This document shows positions 8,162 to 17,194 of a stretch of 64,000 bases of DNA, piece by piece; the stretch's first letter is position 1, and each line of letters begins with the position of its first letter. A program made the translations under genes and the position numbers. Origin of the DNA: Acidimicrobiia bacterium (GTDB taxonomy: Bacteria; Actinomycetota; Acidimicrobiia; Acidimicrobiales; Bin134); NCBI GenBank assembly GCA_022819825.1, contig JAJEGM010000044.1, positions 41,186 to 105,185 of the forward strand, read 5' to 3'. The notes beneath the pieces were generated by a model. That model ran no database searches, was not told the origin of the DNA, and saw only the letters and a program-made list of their open reading frames with translations.

Positions 8162-8800
8162 TCAGCGGGGAGCGTCGCCCCATCGTGTCAACACGTCGAT
8201 CACCGAGTGGAGGTGGTTTTGCATTGCCTGCGCAGCCGTGTCCTCTTCGCCAGCGACGACTGCTTCGACAATTGCCCGATGCTCCTCCAGGGACTCGATT
8301 GGGCGGCCCGGCATCAATGCGAGCCGGTACTGGTGATGGGCGGCGCGATCGCGCAGATTAGCGACCAGCTGCGAGGCAATATGGTGGCCGCTCATTTCCC
8401 GAAGGCGGCAGTGCATGTGTCCATTGAGCTCGGAATAGGCCTGGCTCTGGCCGTCGCTGACAGCTTCTTCCATTTCGGCGATGATCTGGCGGAGTTCTGA
8501 GTGGCATTCGGCTGACGCATTGCGGGCCGCCCTGGCGGCGATGAGACTCTCGAGAACGGCGCGTGCTTCGGTGATCTGGATCGCCTCGGCGATCGAAATC
8601 CGCCGCACAGTCGCGCCCCGGTTCGCCTCTCGCTTCACGAGTCCCCCGGACGTCAGCTCCAAGAGCGCAGACCGAATCGCGGCCCGGCCCACCGCGTACT
8701 CCTCGGCAAGCGCCACTTCCAGGAGGCGATCTCCCGGCTCGAATCGGCCCTTCAGGATGGCCTGCCGAAGGGTGTCGGTGACGGAATCAGCGCGGCTCAT
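8162..8800 (-). CDS. GntR-family transcriptional regulator (FadR/FCD subfamily)
   Basis: Trimmed to ATG 8800 (MSRADSVTDTLRQAILKGRFEPGDRL.E..LAEEY.V.R.A.R.AL..L). Winged-HTH N-terminus plus a helical C-terminal domain. Lies 5 nt downstream of ligI. Confidence 0.8.
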   Translation of the reverse strand: MSRADSVTDTLRQAILKGRFEPGDRLLEVALAEEYAVGRAAIRSALLELTSGGLVKREANRGATVRRISIAEAIQITEARAVLESLIAARAARNASAECHSELRQIIAEMEEAVSDGQSQAYSELNGHMHCRLREMSGHHIASQLVANLRDRAAHHQYRLALMPGRPIESLEEHRAIVEAVVAGEEDTAAQAMQNHLHSVIDVLTRWGDAPR

Positions 8801-8805
8801 AGCAA

Positions 8806-9711
8806 CTAGAAGGTATACAGCACCTGGGGATTGTCCACCAGAATGCGGTTTCGTACGGATTCGTCGGGAGCGAAGGCTGCAAGGAGATCGAGAAGCTCGC
8901 CTTCGTCGGGCATGACATTGAGGTTCGGATGGGGCCAGTCGGTGCCCCACAAGAGTCGATCAGGGGCTGCTTCGACGAGCGCCCGAGCCAATGGAATGAC
9001 ATCGTCGAATGGTGCTACCTGTCCTTCTGTGAGACGTTCGGCGCAACTGATCTTCACCCAGCAGCGATCGTCGGTGGAGATGCGTTCGAGCAGTCGCTGG
9101 AACGGCTCCTGATGGATACCGTGCGCGGCGGGGACGCGGGCCATGTGATCGATGATGTACGGGACTGGCATGGCATCGAGGACGTCGGTGTATGTGGCGA
9201 AGTCCTTTGCGTCGAAGTGCAGGACAACGTGCCAATCGAACTTGGCGACCCGGTACACAAGCTCCCAGAACTCGTCGAGGTCGGGGGCACCGCCGAGATG
9301 GGCGACAAAGTTGAATCGGATGCCCCGCACTCGGTTTTCGTGCAACTCGATTAAGTCGTCGTCGGTATACGACTGATCGATCATCGCCACACCGGCAAAT
9401 CTCTCCCCACCACGCTTGATTGCGTCTACCATCGCAGTGTTGTCCGAGCCGTGGCAGCTGGCCTGCACGAACACTGCACGCGAGAGACCGAGACGGTCCT
9501 GAAGGCGTAGAAAGTCGTCGATCCCGGAGTCGGGCGGCGTGTAGGTACGGTTGGGGGAGAACGGGAACGCCGCGGCCGGGCCGAAGACGTGGCAGTGGGC
9601 GTCGCACGCGAGCGGCGGGGGGGTGAACGCCACCGGGGGACTGATCTCGGGTCGGGGGCCAGCCACGGTTCGTTCAAGCGGGAACGTGTGGGGAGGATTA
9701 CGAGTAGCCAT
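8806..9711 (-). CDS. ligI: 2-pyrone-4,6-dicarboxylate hydrolase (amidohydrolase_2)
   Basis: 301 aa. CDAHCHVFGP metal/active-site motif and ...LLWGTDWPHP C-terminal motif typical of LigI-like lactonases. Cluster context supports the call. Confidence 0.75.
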   Translation of the reverse strand: MATRNPPHTFPLERTVAGPRPEISPPVAFTPPPLACDAHCHVFGPAAAFPFSPNRTYTPPDSGIDDFLRLQDRLGLSRAVFVQASCHGSDNTAMVDAIKRGGERFAGVAMIDQSYTDDDLIELHENRVRGIRFNFVAHLGGAPDLDEFWELVYRVAKFDWHVVLHFDAKDFATYTDVLDAMPVPYIIDHMARVPAAHGIHQEPFQRLLERISTDDRCWVKISCAERLTEGQVAPFDDVIPLARALVEAAPDRLLWGTDWPHPNLNVMPDEGELLDLLAAFAPDESVRNRILVDNPQVLYTF

Positions 9712-9713
9712 TG

Positions 9714-10787
9714 CTACTCCGGACGAGGGAAGACGGTGCCGTCCATTAGCTTTCGGGTGGTTCGAATTATCCCGACGCGGGGAACCTCGATCGTGCCGTC
9801 GGCATCGGTGCTGATCTCTATGACTGCGTCAAAATGGCCGGTGGGGTGCTCGAGCCGGACCACGCTGTCGTCGGGTGGAGTGAGCAGTTCGTGCGCCGGC
9901 GACCCGCGAAGCAGTGCGGCGGTGGCGACCGCCACCGCACCAAACACACCTATAGCGTCATGGCACCGGTGGGGAATGAAGGTGCGAGTACAGAGATTTC
10001 CACCCGCCTGCGGTGGGGCGACGAACGTGAGCTTCGGCACTGTCGCTGCGCTGACGTCACCGAGCCCCATTCGGTATCCCGCTTGGACGCGGATCTCTTC
10101 GAGTTTCGTGCGCAGGGCCTCGTTGCCTTCGAGGACGGCGCATGGCTCATAGCCGGTGACACCGAGGTCGGCCGCCGCCATCACGACCACCGGCATGCCA
10201 TTGTCAACCATCGTGCAGGCGATGCCCTCGACTTCATCAAACGGCTTGCCGGTCGGGAGTAGCGCAGCGGCCGAGCTCCCGGCGATTTCCTCGAACTCCA
10301 GAGAGATCGCTGCGGCGGTTCCTGGCACGCCCGAAATCGTCGTATCGCCGTCGTAGACCGGGGCGCTGTCGCGCACTTCGAGCCGCGCAGTGGCAATCGA
10401 GTCGGTGTTGAGCATGCGGACCCTCACCGTCGCCTCGCCATCGCTGGGAGCATCGATGACGCCTCGTTCGATTGCAAACGGGGCGACGCCGGCAAGCAGG
10501 TTGCCACAGTTCTGCCGGTCGGAAACTATGTCGTCTTCAACGTTGACCTGGAGGAATAGATAGTCGACATCGGCCCCTCCGTCGGGAGACGGCGCGACAA
10601 TTGCCACCTTCGACGTGAGTGGGTGGGCCCCCCCAATCCCGTCGATCTGGCGAGGGTCTGGTGAGCCCATGATCCGACGAAGCAGGGAAGCACGCTCATC
10701 AGCGCCAGTGGGCAAGTCGTCTTGCAGGAAGTAGGCCCCCTTGGACGATCCACCGCGCATGATCATGCAAGGAATGCCGCCTTCCAT
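9714..10787 (-). CDS. ligU: 4-oxalomesaconate tautomerase (PrpF family)
   Basis: 357 aa. N-terminus IPCMIMRGGSSKG is characteristic of PrpF/GalD/LigU. Two-domain DapF-like length. Sits in the lig cluster. Confidence 0.75.
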   Translation of the reverse strand: MEGGIPCMIMRGGSSKGAYFLQDDLPTGADERASLLRRIMGSPDPRQIDGIGGAHPLTSKVAIVAPSPDGGADVDYLFLQVNVEDDIVSDRQNCGNLLAGVAPFAIERGVIDAPSDGEATVRVRMLNTDSIATARLEVRDSAPVYDGDTTISGVPGTAAAISLEFEEIAGSSAAALLPTGKPFDEVEGIACTMVDNGMPVVVMAAADLGVTGYEPCAVLEGNEALRTKLEEIRVQAGYRMGLGDVSAATVPKLTFVAPPQAGGNLCTRTFIPHRCHDAIGVFGAVAVATAALLRGSPAHELLTPPDDSVVRLEHPTGHFDAVIEISTDADGTIEVPRVGIIRTTRKLMDGTVFPRPE

Positions 10788-10813
10788 TGGACGAGTCTCG
10801 CAAATGTCAACAA

Positions 10814-10827
10814 GATTGTCGACATTC
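10814..10827. promoter_or_regulatory. GATTGTCGACATTC, near-copy of the 5602-5615 palindrome, in the ligU/ligC divergent promoter
   Basis: 13 of 14 positions identical to the 5602-5615 site. Lies 27 nt upstream of the ligU ATG and 55 nt upstream of the ligC ATG. A half-related ATGTCAACAA lies just upstream (10803-10812). Confidence 0.5.
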
Positions 10828-10881
10828 CTGGCGGGCAGGTGGCAAGATCATCTGCACGAGTGGAAGCCGAGAGGATCTACG

Positions 10882-11826
10882 ATGAAGCTTGCCCTTGCTG
10901 GTGCCGGTGCCTTTGGTCGCAAACACCTAGAGGGAATAGACGCCATCGATGGTGCCGAAGTCATATCGGTCATAGACCCCGTGTCCAACACCGCCCGCGA
11001 GGTCGCCGAAGAATTCGGCATAGCCCACTGGGGAACCGAACTCGACGAGGCTCTGAACGTTGACGAGGTGGACGCCGTAATCCTGGCCACCCCCACTCCG
11101 ATGCACGCTCGCCAGTCGATTGCCTGCATGGAGGCTGGCAAGCACGTCCAAGTCGAGATCCCACTCGCCGATTCGCTTGCCGAGGCCGAAGCCGTGCTCG
11201 CTACTCAGGAGCGTTCGGGCCTTGTGGCCATGGTCGGTCACACCCGGCGCTTCAACCCGTCGCATCAGTGGCTGCGCAGCAAGCTCCAGGCTGGCGAGCT
11301 CAACATCCAGCAGATGGACGTGCAGACATACTTCTTTAGGCGCACCAACACCAACGCCCTGGGACAACCTCGTTCATGGACCGATCACCTGCTTTGGCAC
11401 CACGCCGCCCACACGGTGGACCTATTCGCCTACCAGGTCGGTGAGGAGATCGTAGCGGCCAATGTGCTCGAAGGCCCCCACCATCCCGAACTCGGCATCG
11501 CCATGGACATGTCGATCCAGATGAAGACCAGCGGTGGTTCAATCCTCACGCTCTCACTTTCGTTCAATAACGACGGACCGTTCGGCACATTTTTCCGCTA
11601 CATCGGCGATTCCGGCACCTACATTGCCCGCTACGACGACCTCTTCACAGGGCGCGACGAACCGATCGACGTGTCTCATGTCGACGTTTCCATGAACGGC
11701 ATCGAGCTCCAAGACCGTGAGTTCATTGCCGCCATCCGCGAGGGCCGCGAGCCCAATAGCTCCGTCCGCCAAGTCATGAGTTGCTACAAGTGGCTCCACA
11801 AGCTTGAGCAGCAGCTTCGGAGCTGA
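10882..11826 (+). CDS. ligC: 4-carboxy-2-hydroxymuconate-6-semialdehyde dehydrogenase (Gfo/Idh/MocA family)
   Basis: Trimmed to ATG 10882 (MKLALAGAGAFGRKHLEGI...) after GAGGA. Long blocks match remembered LigC (HVQVEIPLADS, MVGHTRRFNPSHQ, QQMDVQTYFFRR, SWTDHLLWHHAAHTVDLFAYQ, MNGIELQDREFIAAIREGREPNSS). Confidence 0.85.
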   Translation: MKLALAGAGAFGRKHLEGIDAIDGAEVISVIDPVSNTAREVAEEFGIAHWGTELDEALNVDEVDAVILATPTPMHARQSIACMEAGKHVQVEIPLADSLAEAEAVLATQERSGLVAMVGHTRRFNPSHQWLRSKLQAGELNIQQMDVQTYFFRRTNTNALGQPRSWTDHLLWHHAAHTVDLFAYQVGEEIVAANVLEGPHHPELGIAMDMSIQMKTSGGSILTLSLSFNNDGPFGTFFRYIGDSGTYIARYDDLFTGRDEPIDVSHVDVSMNGIELQDREFIAAIREGREPNSSVRQVMSCYKWLHKLEQQLRS

Positions 11827-11855
11827 GCTGAACCGACCACGCAAGGAATGCGTCA

Positions 11856-12968
11856 ATGTCCAAGACCAACCCCCCATTTCGAGCCGATCATGTCGGTAGC
11901 CTGCTGCGCACGCCGACAATCCTCCAAGCTCGGGTGAACCACCAAGCTGGGCAGATCGATGCAGCTGGGCTGCGCGTAGTTGAAGACACCGAGATCGCTG
12001 CTTTGGTCAATCGTCTGGCCGAGACTGGTATCCGTAGCATCACCGACGGTGAGTTTCGCAGAGAGTGGTTCCACCTGGACTTCCTCCAGCAGCTCGGCGG
12101 TATCACAGTCGAGGGCATGATCGCGGCGACATCCGACTCGGAAGAGACCGTTCATCAGGCGCCTCCGCGGATCACAGTGACCGGCAGACTCACTCACGAC
12201 CATCCGATTCAGGTCGCCGACTATGAATTCGTCTCCAGTCACACTCCGGCGGGCTGCCTCACCAAAGTCTCAATCCCGTCGCCGACGATGGCGCATTTCC
12301 GGGGAGGACGCGCCGGGATAGACATCGTGTCGTACCCCTACCTCGATTCATTTTTCGAGGATCTCGCGAAGGTATATCGGGACGAACTCGCCGCGCTCTA
12401 CGCCGCCGGATGTCGCTATGTGCAACTCGACGATACCAACCTGGCGTACCTTTGCGATCCTGGCATGCGTCAAGGCGCCATCGATCGAGGGGACGACCCC
12501 AATGCGCTCCCTCAAACCTATGCGGCGCTGATCAATGCGGCCCTTGAAGGTTGCCCCGACGATCTCACGGTCTGTATTCACCTCTGTCGTGGCAACTTTC
12601 GCAGCACCTATTTTGCTAGCGGTGGGTACGAACCGGTGGCTGAAGTGTTGTTCAGCGAACTCGACGTCGACGCCTACTTCCTGGAATACGACGACGAGCG
12701 TTCCGGCGACTTCGCTCCGTTGCGATTTGTTCCCGAAGACAAGACCGTTGTGCTCGGGCTGGTGACCTCCAAGTTCCCCGAGCTCGAAGATCCTGACGAC
12801 CTCAAGTCAAGGATCGATGACGCCAGTGGCTATGTCGCAATTGACCAGCTCTGTCTCAGCCCGCAGTGCGGGTTTTCTTCGACGGTTCACGGCAACGTCA
12901 TGACCGAGGACCAGCAGTGGGCCAAGCTCCGACATGTCGTCGCGGTTGCAAACGACGTGTGGCGTTGA
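11856..12968 (+). CDS. Cobalamin-independent methionine synthase-like (MetE C-terminal domain only) Zn-dependent methyltransferase-family protein
   Basis: 370 aa. Candidate Zn ligand motifs IHLCRGN and LSPQCGFSS resemble the MetE HxC ... C pattern. No MetE N-terminal domain is present. Confidence 0.6.
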   Translation: MSKTNPPFRADHVGSLLRTPTILQARVNHQAGQIDAAGLRVVEDTEIAALVNRLAETGIRSITDGEFRREWFHLDFLQQLGGITVEGMIAATSDSEETVHQAPPRITVTGRLTHDHPIQVADYEFVSSHTPAGCLTKVSIPSPTMAHFRGGRAGIDIVSYPYLDSFFEDLAKVYRDELAALYAAGCRYVQLDDTNLAYLCDPGMRQGAIDRGDDPNALPQTYAALINAALEGCPDDLTVCIHLCRGNFRSTYFASGGYEPVAEVLFSELDVDAYFLEYDDERSGDFAPLRFVPEDKTVVLGLVTSKFPELEDPDDLKSRIDDASGYVAIDQLCLSPQCGFSSTVHGNVMTEDQQWAKLRHVVAVANDVWR

Positions 12969-12973
12969 ACCGG

Positions 12974-14215
12974 TCAGCCTGCCTGGTGGCGGGCAACGAC
13001 ATCGGCGTAGACCCGGGCACTCGGCTTTGGTGTGCGCACAAAGGTCTTGAAGTCCACCTCGTGCAGCCCGAGGTGATGGTTGTAGCCGAACACCCACTCG
13101 AAATTGTCGAGGAGCGACCAATGGAAGTACCCGAGCAGGGGGACACCACCGTCACGAAGATCCATCAGGTGGTCGAGGGCGGGTGGAATTAGGCCAGCTC
13201 GCAGGGTGTCGTCGTCGGTCGCCACCCCGTGCTCGGTTACCAGAACTGGGACGCCGGAGCGCTCGTACGCGTAGGCCGCCGCCCCGGCCAGTGAACCGGG
13301 TTCGACGGCCGAGCCCATGTCGTTCAATGGCAGTGACGAGTCGACCTCAACGGCTCCGTCGCCGTCGTACCAGCGTCGCTCATAGTTCTGTACGCCGATG
13401 AAGTCGTCGTTGGCAGCTATGTCCAGCCAGCGGTCGTAGCACTCCGCCCGCTTGCGATCACGCACGGTCGTGTCGTCGCCGACAACGCAGTCGTCGCACA
13501 TGGCGATGCTGAGGCCAATTGGAAGATCAGGTACGGCCGCCTTAATGGCGGCGCGGGCCGCCTCATGTCCTGCTGCGAATCCATCGTCAAACTCCTCGAA
13601 CTCAGCTGGAATCCAGACATTGGCCACCCGGTACCGATCGACGCCCGCGGCCTTTGACGCCGCGGCAAGAGTCGCTTTGTTCGCCTCGTACACGAAGTCG
13701 GGAAGCGGGATCCACGCCAGCAAGCGATGCAACTGGGGCTCGTTGAGGGTGAGTCCGTAAGCGATGCGGTCACCGAATGCCTCTGTGACCCTGGCGCAGT
13801 AGATGGCGAACCGCATCGGCGCATCGGCATCCAAGAAGCCGCCCCGAGCTCCAAACCAGTGCGGGGCGGTGAAGTGATTGTAGGTAACGACCGGAGCGAG
13901 GTCCCGCTCAAGACAGCCGTCGACGATCCGCTCATAGTGGTCGAGGGCGGCGGTGCTGAACTCTCCCGGGTTCGGCTCGATCCTGGCCCACTCCACCGAA
14001 AACCGGTAGCTGTTCAAACCCATTCCGGCGACGAGCGCGAGGTCGTCCTCCCACCGTTCGAACGAATTGCACGCCGCCCCGGACGGTTCGGCGAACACCG
14101 TCGGCTCAACGTGCTCGAGGAACCATGTGTCGCTATTGGTGTTGTTACCTTCGATCTGGTGGCCAGCGGTGGCCGCGCCCCATAGGAATGAGGCCGGGTT
14201 CGTCGAATATGTCAT
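12974..14215 (-). CDS. Glycoside hydrolase family 1 (beta-glucosidase-like)
   Basis: 413 aa. FLWGAATAGHQIEG N-terminus, LTLNEP acid/base motif, VTEHG nucleophile motif (TENG-type). Last gene of the Opp-type operon. Confidence 0.85.
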   Translation of the reverse strand: MTYSTNPASFLWGAATAGHQIEGNNTNSDTWFLEHVEPTVFAEPSGAACNSFERWEDDLALVAGMGLNSYRFSVEWARIEPNPGEFSTAALDHYERIVDGCLERDLAPVVTYNHFTAPHWFGARGGFLDADAPMRFAIYCARVTEAFGDRIAYGLTLNEPQLHRLLAWIPLPDFVYEANKATLAAASKAAGVDRYRVANVWIPAEFEEFDDGFAAGHEAARAAIKAAVPDLPIGLSIAMCDDCVVGDDTTVRDRKRAECYDRWLDIAANDDFIGVQNYERRWYDGDGAVEVDSSLPLNDMGSAVEPGSLAGAAAYAYERSGVPVLVTEHGVATDDDTLRAGLIPPALDHLMDLRDGGVPLLGYFHWSLLDNFEWVFGYNHHLGLHEVDFKTFVRTPKPSARVYADVVARHQAG

Positions 14216-14240
14216 GGTTCCTCCTAGGCGAGCTGCCCGA

Positions 14241-15257
14241 TCAGTTTGGGGGTGGGGGCCAGGTCACACCGACTTGTTCGGCGTGGTGACAGGCGACGCG
14301 TTGACCGCCGATCAGTCGGAGCATCGGCCGCTCGGCATGGCACTGCCCATCGGCCAACGGGCAGCGAGAGGCGAACGGGCAACCTTTGGGGTCGGGGGGC
14401 GCGGTGCTGGCCGAGCCTACGCTGAGAGCCTCACGGTGGGCGCGACGATCGATCTGCTCGGCCGGACGAGGAACCGGCGCCGCAGCGGTCAGCGCCACGC
14501 TGTACGGATGGCGGGGGCGGCTTGTCACATCCTCGACCGGGCCGGACTCCATGACTTGGCCGCGGTACAGCACCACAACTCGATGGGCGAGGAAGCGGAC
14601 GACGCCGAGATCGTGGGCAATGAACAGGTACGCCAGCTTGTGCTCGTCGCGGAGATCGGCGAGCAGGTTGAGTACTTGAGCCTGGGTGGATAGATCGAGG
14701 GCGCTCACAGGTTCGTCGAGGACGAGCACGTTGGGGTCGCGAACGAGTGCGCGGGCGATGGCGATCCGCTGGCGCTGACCACCTGAGAACTGCGAAGGGA
14801 AGCGTTCAATGCTGTCACTGGGCAGCCCGACGGATTCGAGGGTTGTGATGGCGCGGGCGCGAGCGGCGTCACCTTTTATCCCGATCAGGCGCAGCGACTC
14901 AGCAAGGGTTTGCCCGATTCGCCGGGCCGGATTAAGCGACGAATACGGGTCTTGAAAAACGACGCGCAATTCGGATGCGAGGGTCCGGCGCTCCTTCAAT
15001 GATGCCGCAGTGACGTCCTTGCCGTGCAGCCATATGGTGCCTTCGGTGGGCGGCTGCAACCCCAAGAGCGCCTTTCCGATCGTGGACTTGCCCGACCCCG
15101 ACTCGCCGACGAGTCCGAGTGTCTCACCGGGCGCTATGTCGAAGCAGACACCATCGACCGCGGGAGGCGTCTTCATGGCTCGTCGACCCCCGCCATAACG
15201 GACGACGAGGTCGCGTACCTCAATTGCCGGAGGATTCGACTGGACGGTCGTGGTCAT
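14241..15257 (-). CDS. Opp/Dpp-type ABC transporter ATP-binding protein (OppF/DppF-like)
   Basis: Walker A GESGSGKST, signature FSGGQRQR, Walker B VLVLDEP, and the Opp-type C-terminal extension. 4-nt overlap with the upstream gene. Confidence 0.85.
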   Translation of the reverse strand: MTTTVQSNPPAIEVRDLVVRYGGGRRAMKTPPAVDGVCFDIAPGETLGLVGESGSGKSTIGKALLGLQPPTEGTIWLHGKDVTAASLKERRTLASELRVVFQDPYSSLNPARRIGQTLAESLRLIGIKGDAARARAITTLESVGLPSDSIERFPSQFSGGQRQRIAIARALVRDPNVLVLDEPVSALDLSTQAQVLNLLADLRDEHKLAYLFIAHDLGVVRFLAHRVVVLYRGQVMESGPVEDVTSRPRHPYSVALTAAAPVPRPAEQIDRRAHREALSVGSASTAPPDPKGCPFASRCPLADGQCHAERPMLRLIGGQRVACHHAEQVGVTWPPPPN

Positions 15258-17194
15258 GGGGCCTCCGATTCCACAGCCAGTTCGGCGCCGCGGTGCTCAG
15301 GCGCCCACTGCGCGCCAGTTCGTCGGAGTTCTCCAGTTCGAATGCACAGCGACATGCCGTCTACGTGGGCGGGCTCGGGCTCGAAGGCGACACTGCATTC
15401 GCTTGCCGCGAACTGGCAGCGGTCCGCAAAGCGGCACCCCTCCGGCCAATTGCCCGGAGGCGGCACGCTGCCGGAGATCGCAGCCAGCCGCTCGGGCTCA
15501 GGGGCATCGTCGGCGACATGTGGGTTCGCGCCGAGAAGCGCCATCGTGTAGGGGTGATACGGGTCTTCGAGCACTTCTGCCACCGTTCCGGCCTCTACGA
15601 CTTGTCCGGAGTACATAACCGCGATCCGGTCGCAGATATCGGCCACCACACCGAGGTCGTGGGAGACCAACAACACTGACATGCCCGTTTCAGCAACCAG
15701 TGCCCGCAATAGGCTCAGAATCTCGGCCTGCACAGTCACATCCAGGGCGGTGGTCGGCTCATCGGCAATCAGTAGCTTCGGCGAGCCGGTGAGCGCCAGC
15801 GCGATCGCGACCCGCTGGGCCATGCCGCCCGAGAGTTGATGCGGGTAGCACCTGAGTACCCGTTCGGCATCGACTATGCCGACCTGTCGGAGAAGCTCAA
15901 GGGCGATTCGCCGGGCCTCGCGTCTCCCCACGCCGCGAAACCGCCGAAGCGGACGGGTGAGTTGCGACTTTACGGAGAACAGCGGATCCAGCGCGACCAT
16001 GGGTTCCTGGGAGATCATGGCGATCTCCCGCCCGCGGATCTTGATCGCATCCCGTTCGGGCAGACCGGCGATCTGCCTTCCCTGCCAGATGATGGAACCG
16101 CTACTCACTTCCACGCCCGCGGGAAGCAAGCCGAGGAGCGATCTGGCGGTCATCGTCTTGCCGCAGCCAGACTCACCGACCAGGCCCATAACTTCACCTT
16201 GTCGGAGATCGAAGGATATCCCGCTTACAAGGGTCGGTCCCCCCTCGACAACCACCGACAAATCGCGGACCGAGAGGGCGAGGTTGTCTGTGCCCTCCGA
16301 CTGCTGTGCTGGGGAAGCGGAGATAGTTCGGCGACGCTTAGGGGGGGTGTACTCCGGGATGCCGAGGGGTCCGGCCAGCGCATCGGCCAGCGCATTCGCC
16401 GCCATGACCGTGAGCGAGAGGGCGACGCCGGGAGGAACCATCATCCACGGGGAGTTGAAAATGTTGTCGGAGGCGTCTTTGATCATGAATCCCCAGCTGG
16501 GCTGAGGTTCTCCGGGCCCGAACCCGAGAAACGCCAGACCATTGATGATCAGCAGTCCGATCGCGTAGACAATGGCTGCCTGAACGGCGATCGGGCGGGC
16601 CATGCTGGGCAGAACATGGGCAAGGTTGACCCGAATGGAGCCCATGCCGTCGACTCGGGCAGCATCAATGTACAGATGTTGTCGGCTGGACTTCGCAACC
16701 CCGATCAGTATCCGGTACAGCGCTGCCGAGACCAACAGGCCGAAGATCATCATGACGGGATAGATGCGATTGCCGATAGCCCCGATTGCCGCCAACAGGA
16801 TCACCGTGGATGGCAGCGACATGATTGTCTCAGCGAAGCGACCGATGGCCTCTTCGACGCGTCCGCCTCGTTCCGCCGCGATGAGGATAAGCGGCAGACC
16901 GATGCCGAAAGCGACGAGAACCATCACCGCCGACGCCTGAAGGGGTAAGGCGCCGGCGGTGAAGACTCGGCTGAACAGGTCGCGGCCCACAGCATCGGTA
17001 CCGAGCCAATACTCGCTTGAGGGCCCCTGCAGCCGTGCGATCAGGTCCTGCTCCGCGACGTCGTAAGGGCGCCACCAACGAGCAGTGATCGAGGCGAGAA
17101 ACATAAAGATCAGCCATCCGGCCCCGAACACTCCTCCCCACGATCGCAGGAACGCCGGAATGCGCTGATGTTTGGCTTGCCGAATGCTGCTCAT
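15254..17194 (-). CDS. Fused Opp/Dpp-type permease (OppC-like, N-terminal ~300 aa) and ATP-binding protein (OppD-like, C-terminal ~340 aa)
   Basis: Single 646-aa ORF. Multi-TM N-half with a binding-protein-dependent permease character, then GESGCGKT, LSGGMAQRV and LLIADEPTTALD motifs. No stop or frameshift at the junction (~16300). Confidence 0.8.
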   Translation of the reverse strand: MSSIRQAKHQRIPAFLRSWGGVFGAGWLIFMFLASITARWWRPYDVAEQDLIARLQGPSSEYWLGTDAVGRDLFSRVFTAGALPLQASAVMVLVAFGIGLPLILIAAERGGRVEEAIGRFAETIMSLPSTVILLAAIGAIGNRIYPVMMIFGLLVSAALYRILIGVAKSSRQHLYIDAARVDGMGSIRVNLAHVLPSMARPIAVQAAIVYAIGLLIINGLAFLGFGPGEPQPSWGFMIKDASDNIFNSPWMMVPPGVALSLTVMAANALADALAGPLGIPEYTPPKRRRTISASPAQQSEGTDNLALSVRDLSVVVEGGPTLVSGISFDLRQGEVMGLVGESGCGKTMTARSLLGLLPAGVEVSSGSIIWQGRQIAGLPERDAIKIRGREIAMISQEPMVALDPLFSVKSQLTRPLRRFRGVGRREARRIALELLRQVGIVDAERVLRCYPHQLSGGMAQRVAIALALTGSPKLLIADEPTTALDVTVQAEILSLLRALVAETGMSVLLVSHDLGVVADICDRIAVMYSGQVVEAGTVAEVLEDPYHPYTMALLGANPHVADDAPEPERLAAISGSVPPPGNWPEGCRFADRCQFAASECSVAFEPEPAHVDGMSLCIRTGELRRTGAQWAPEHRGAELAVESEAP

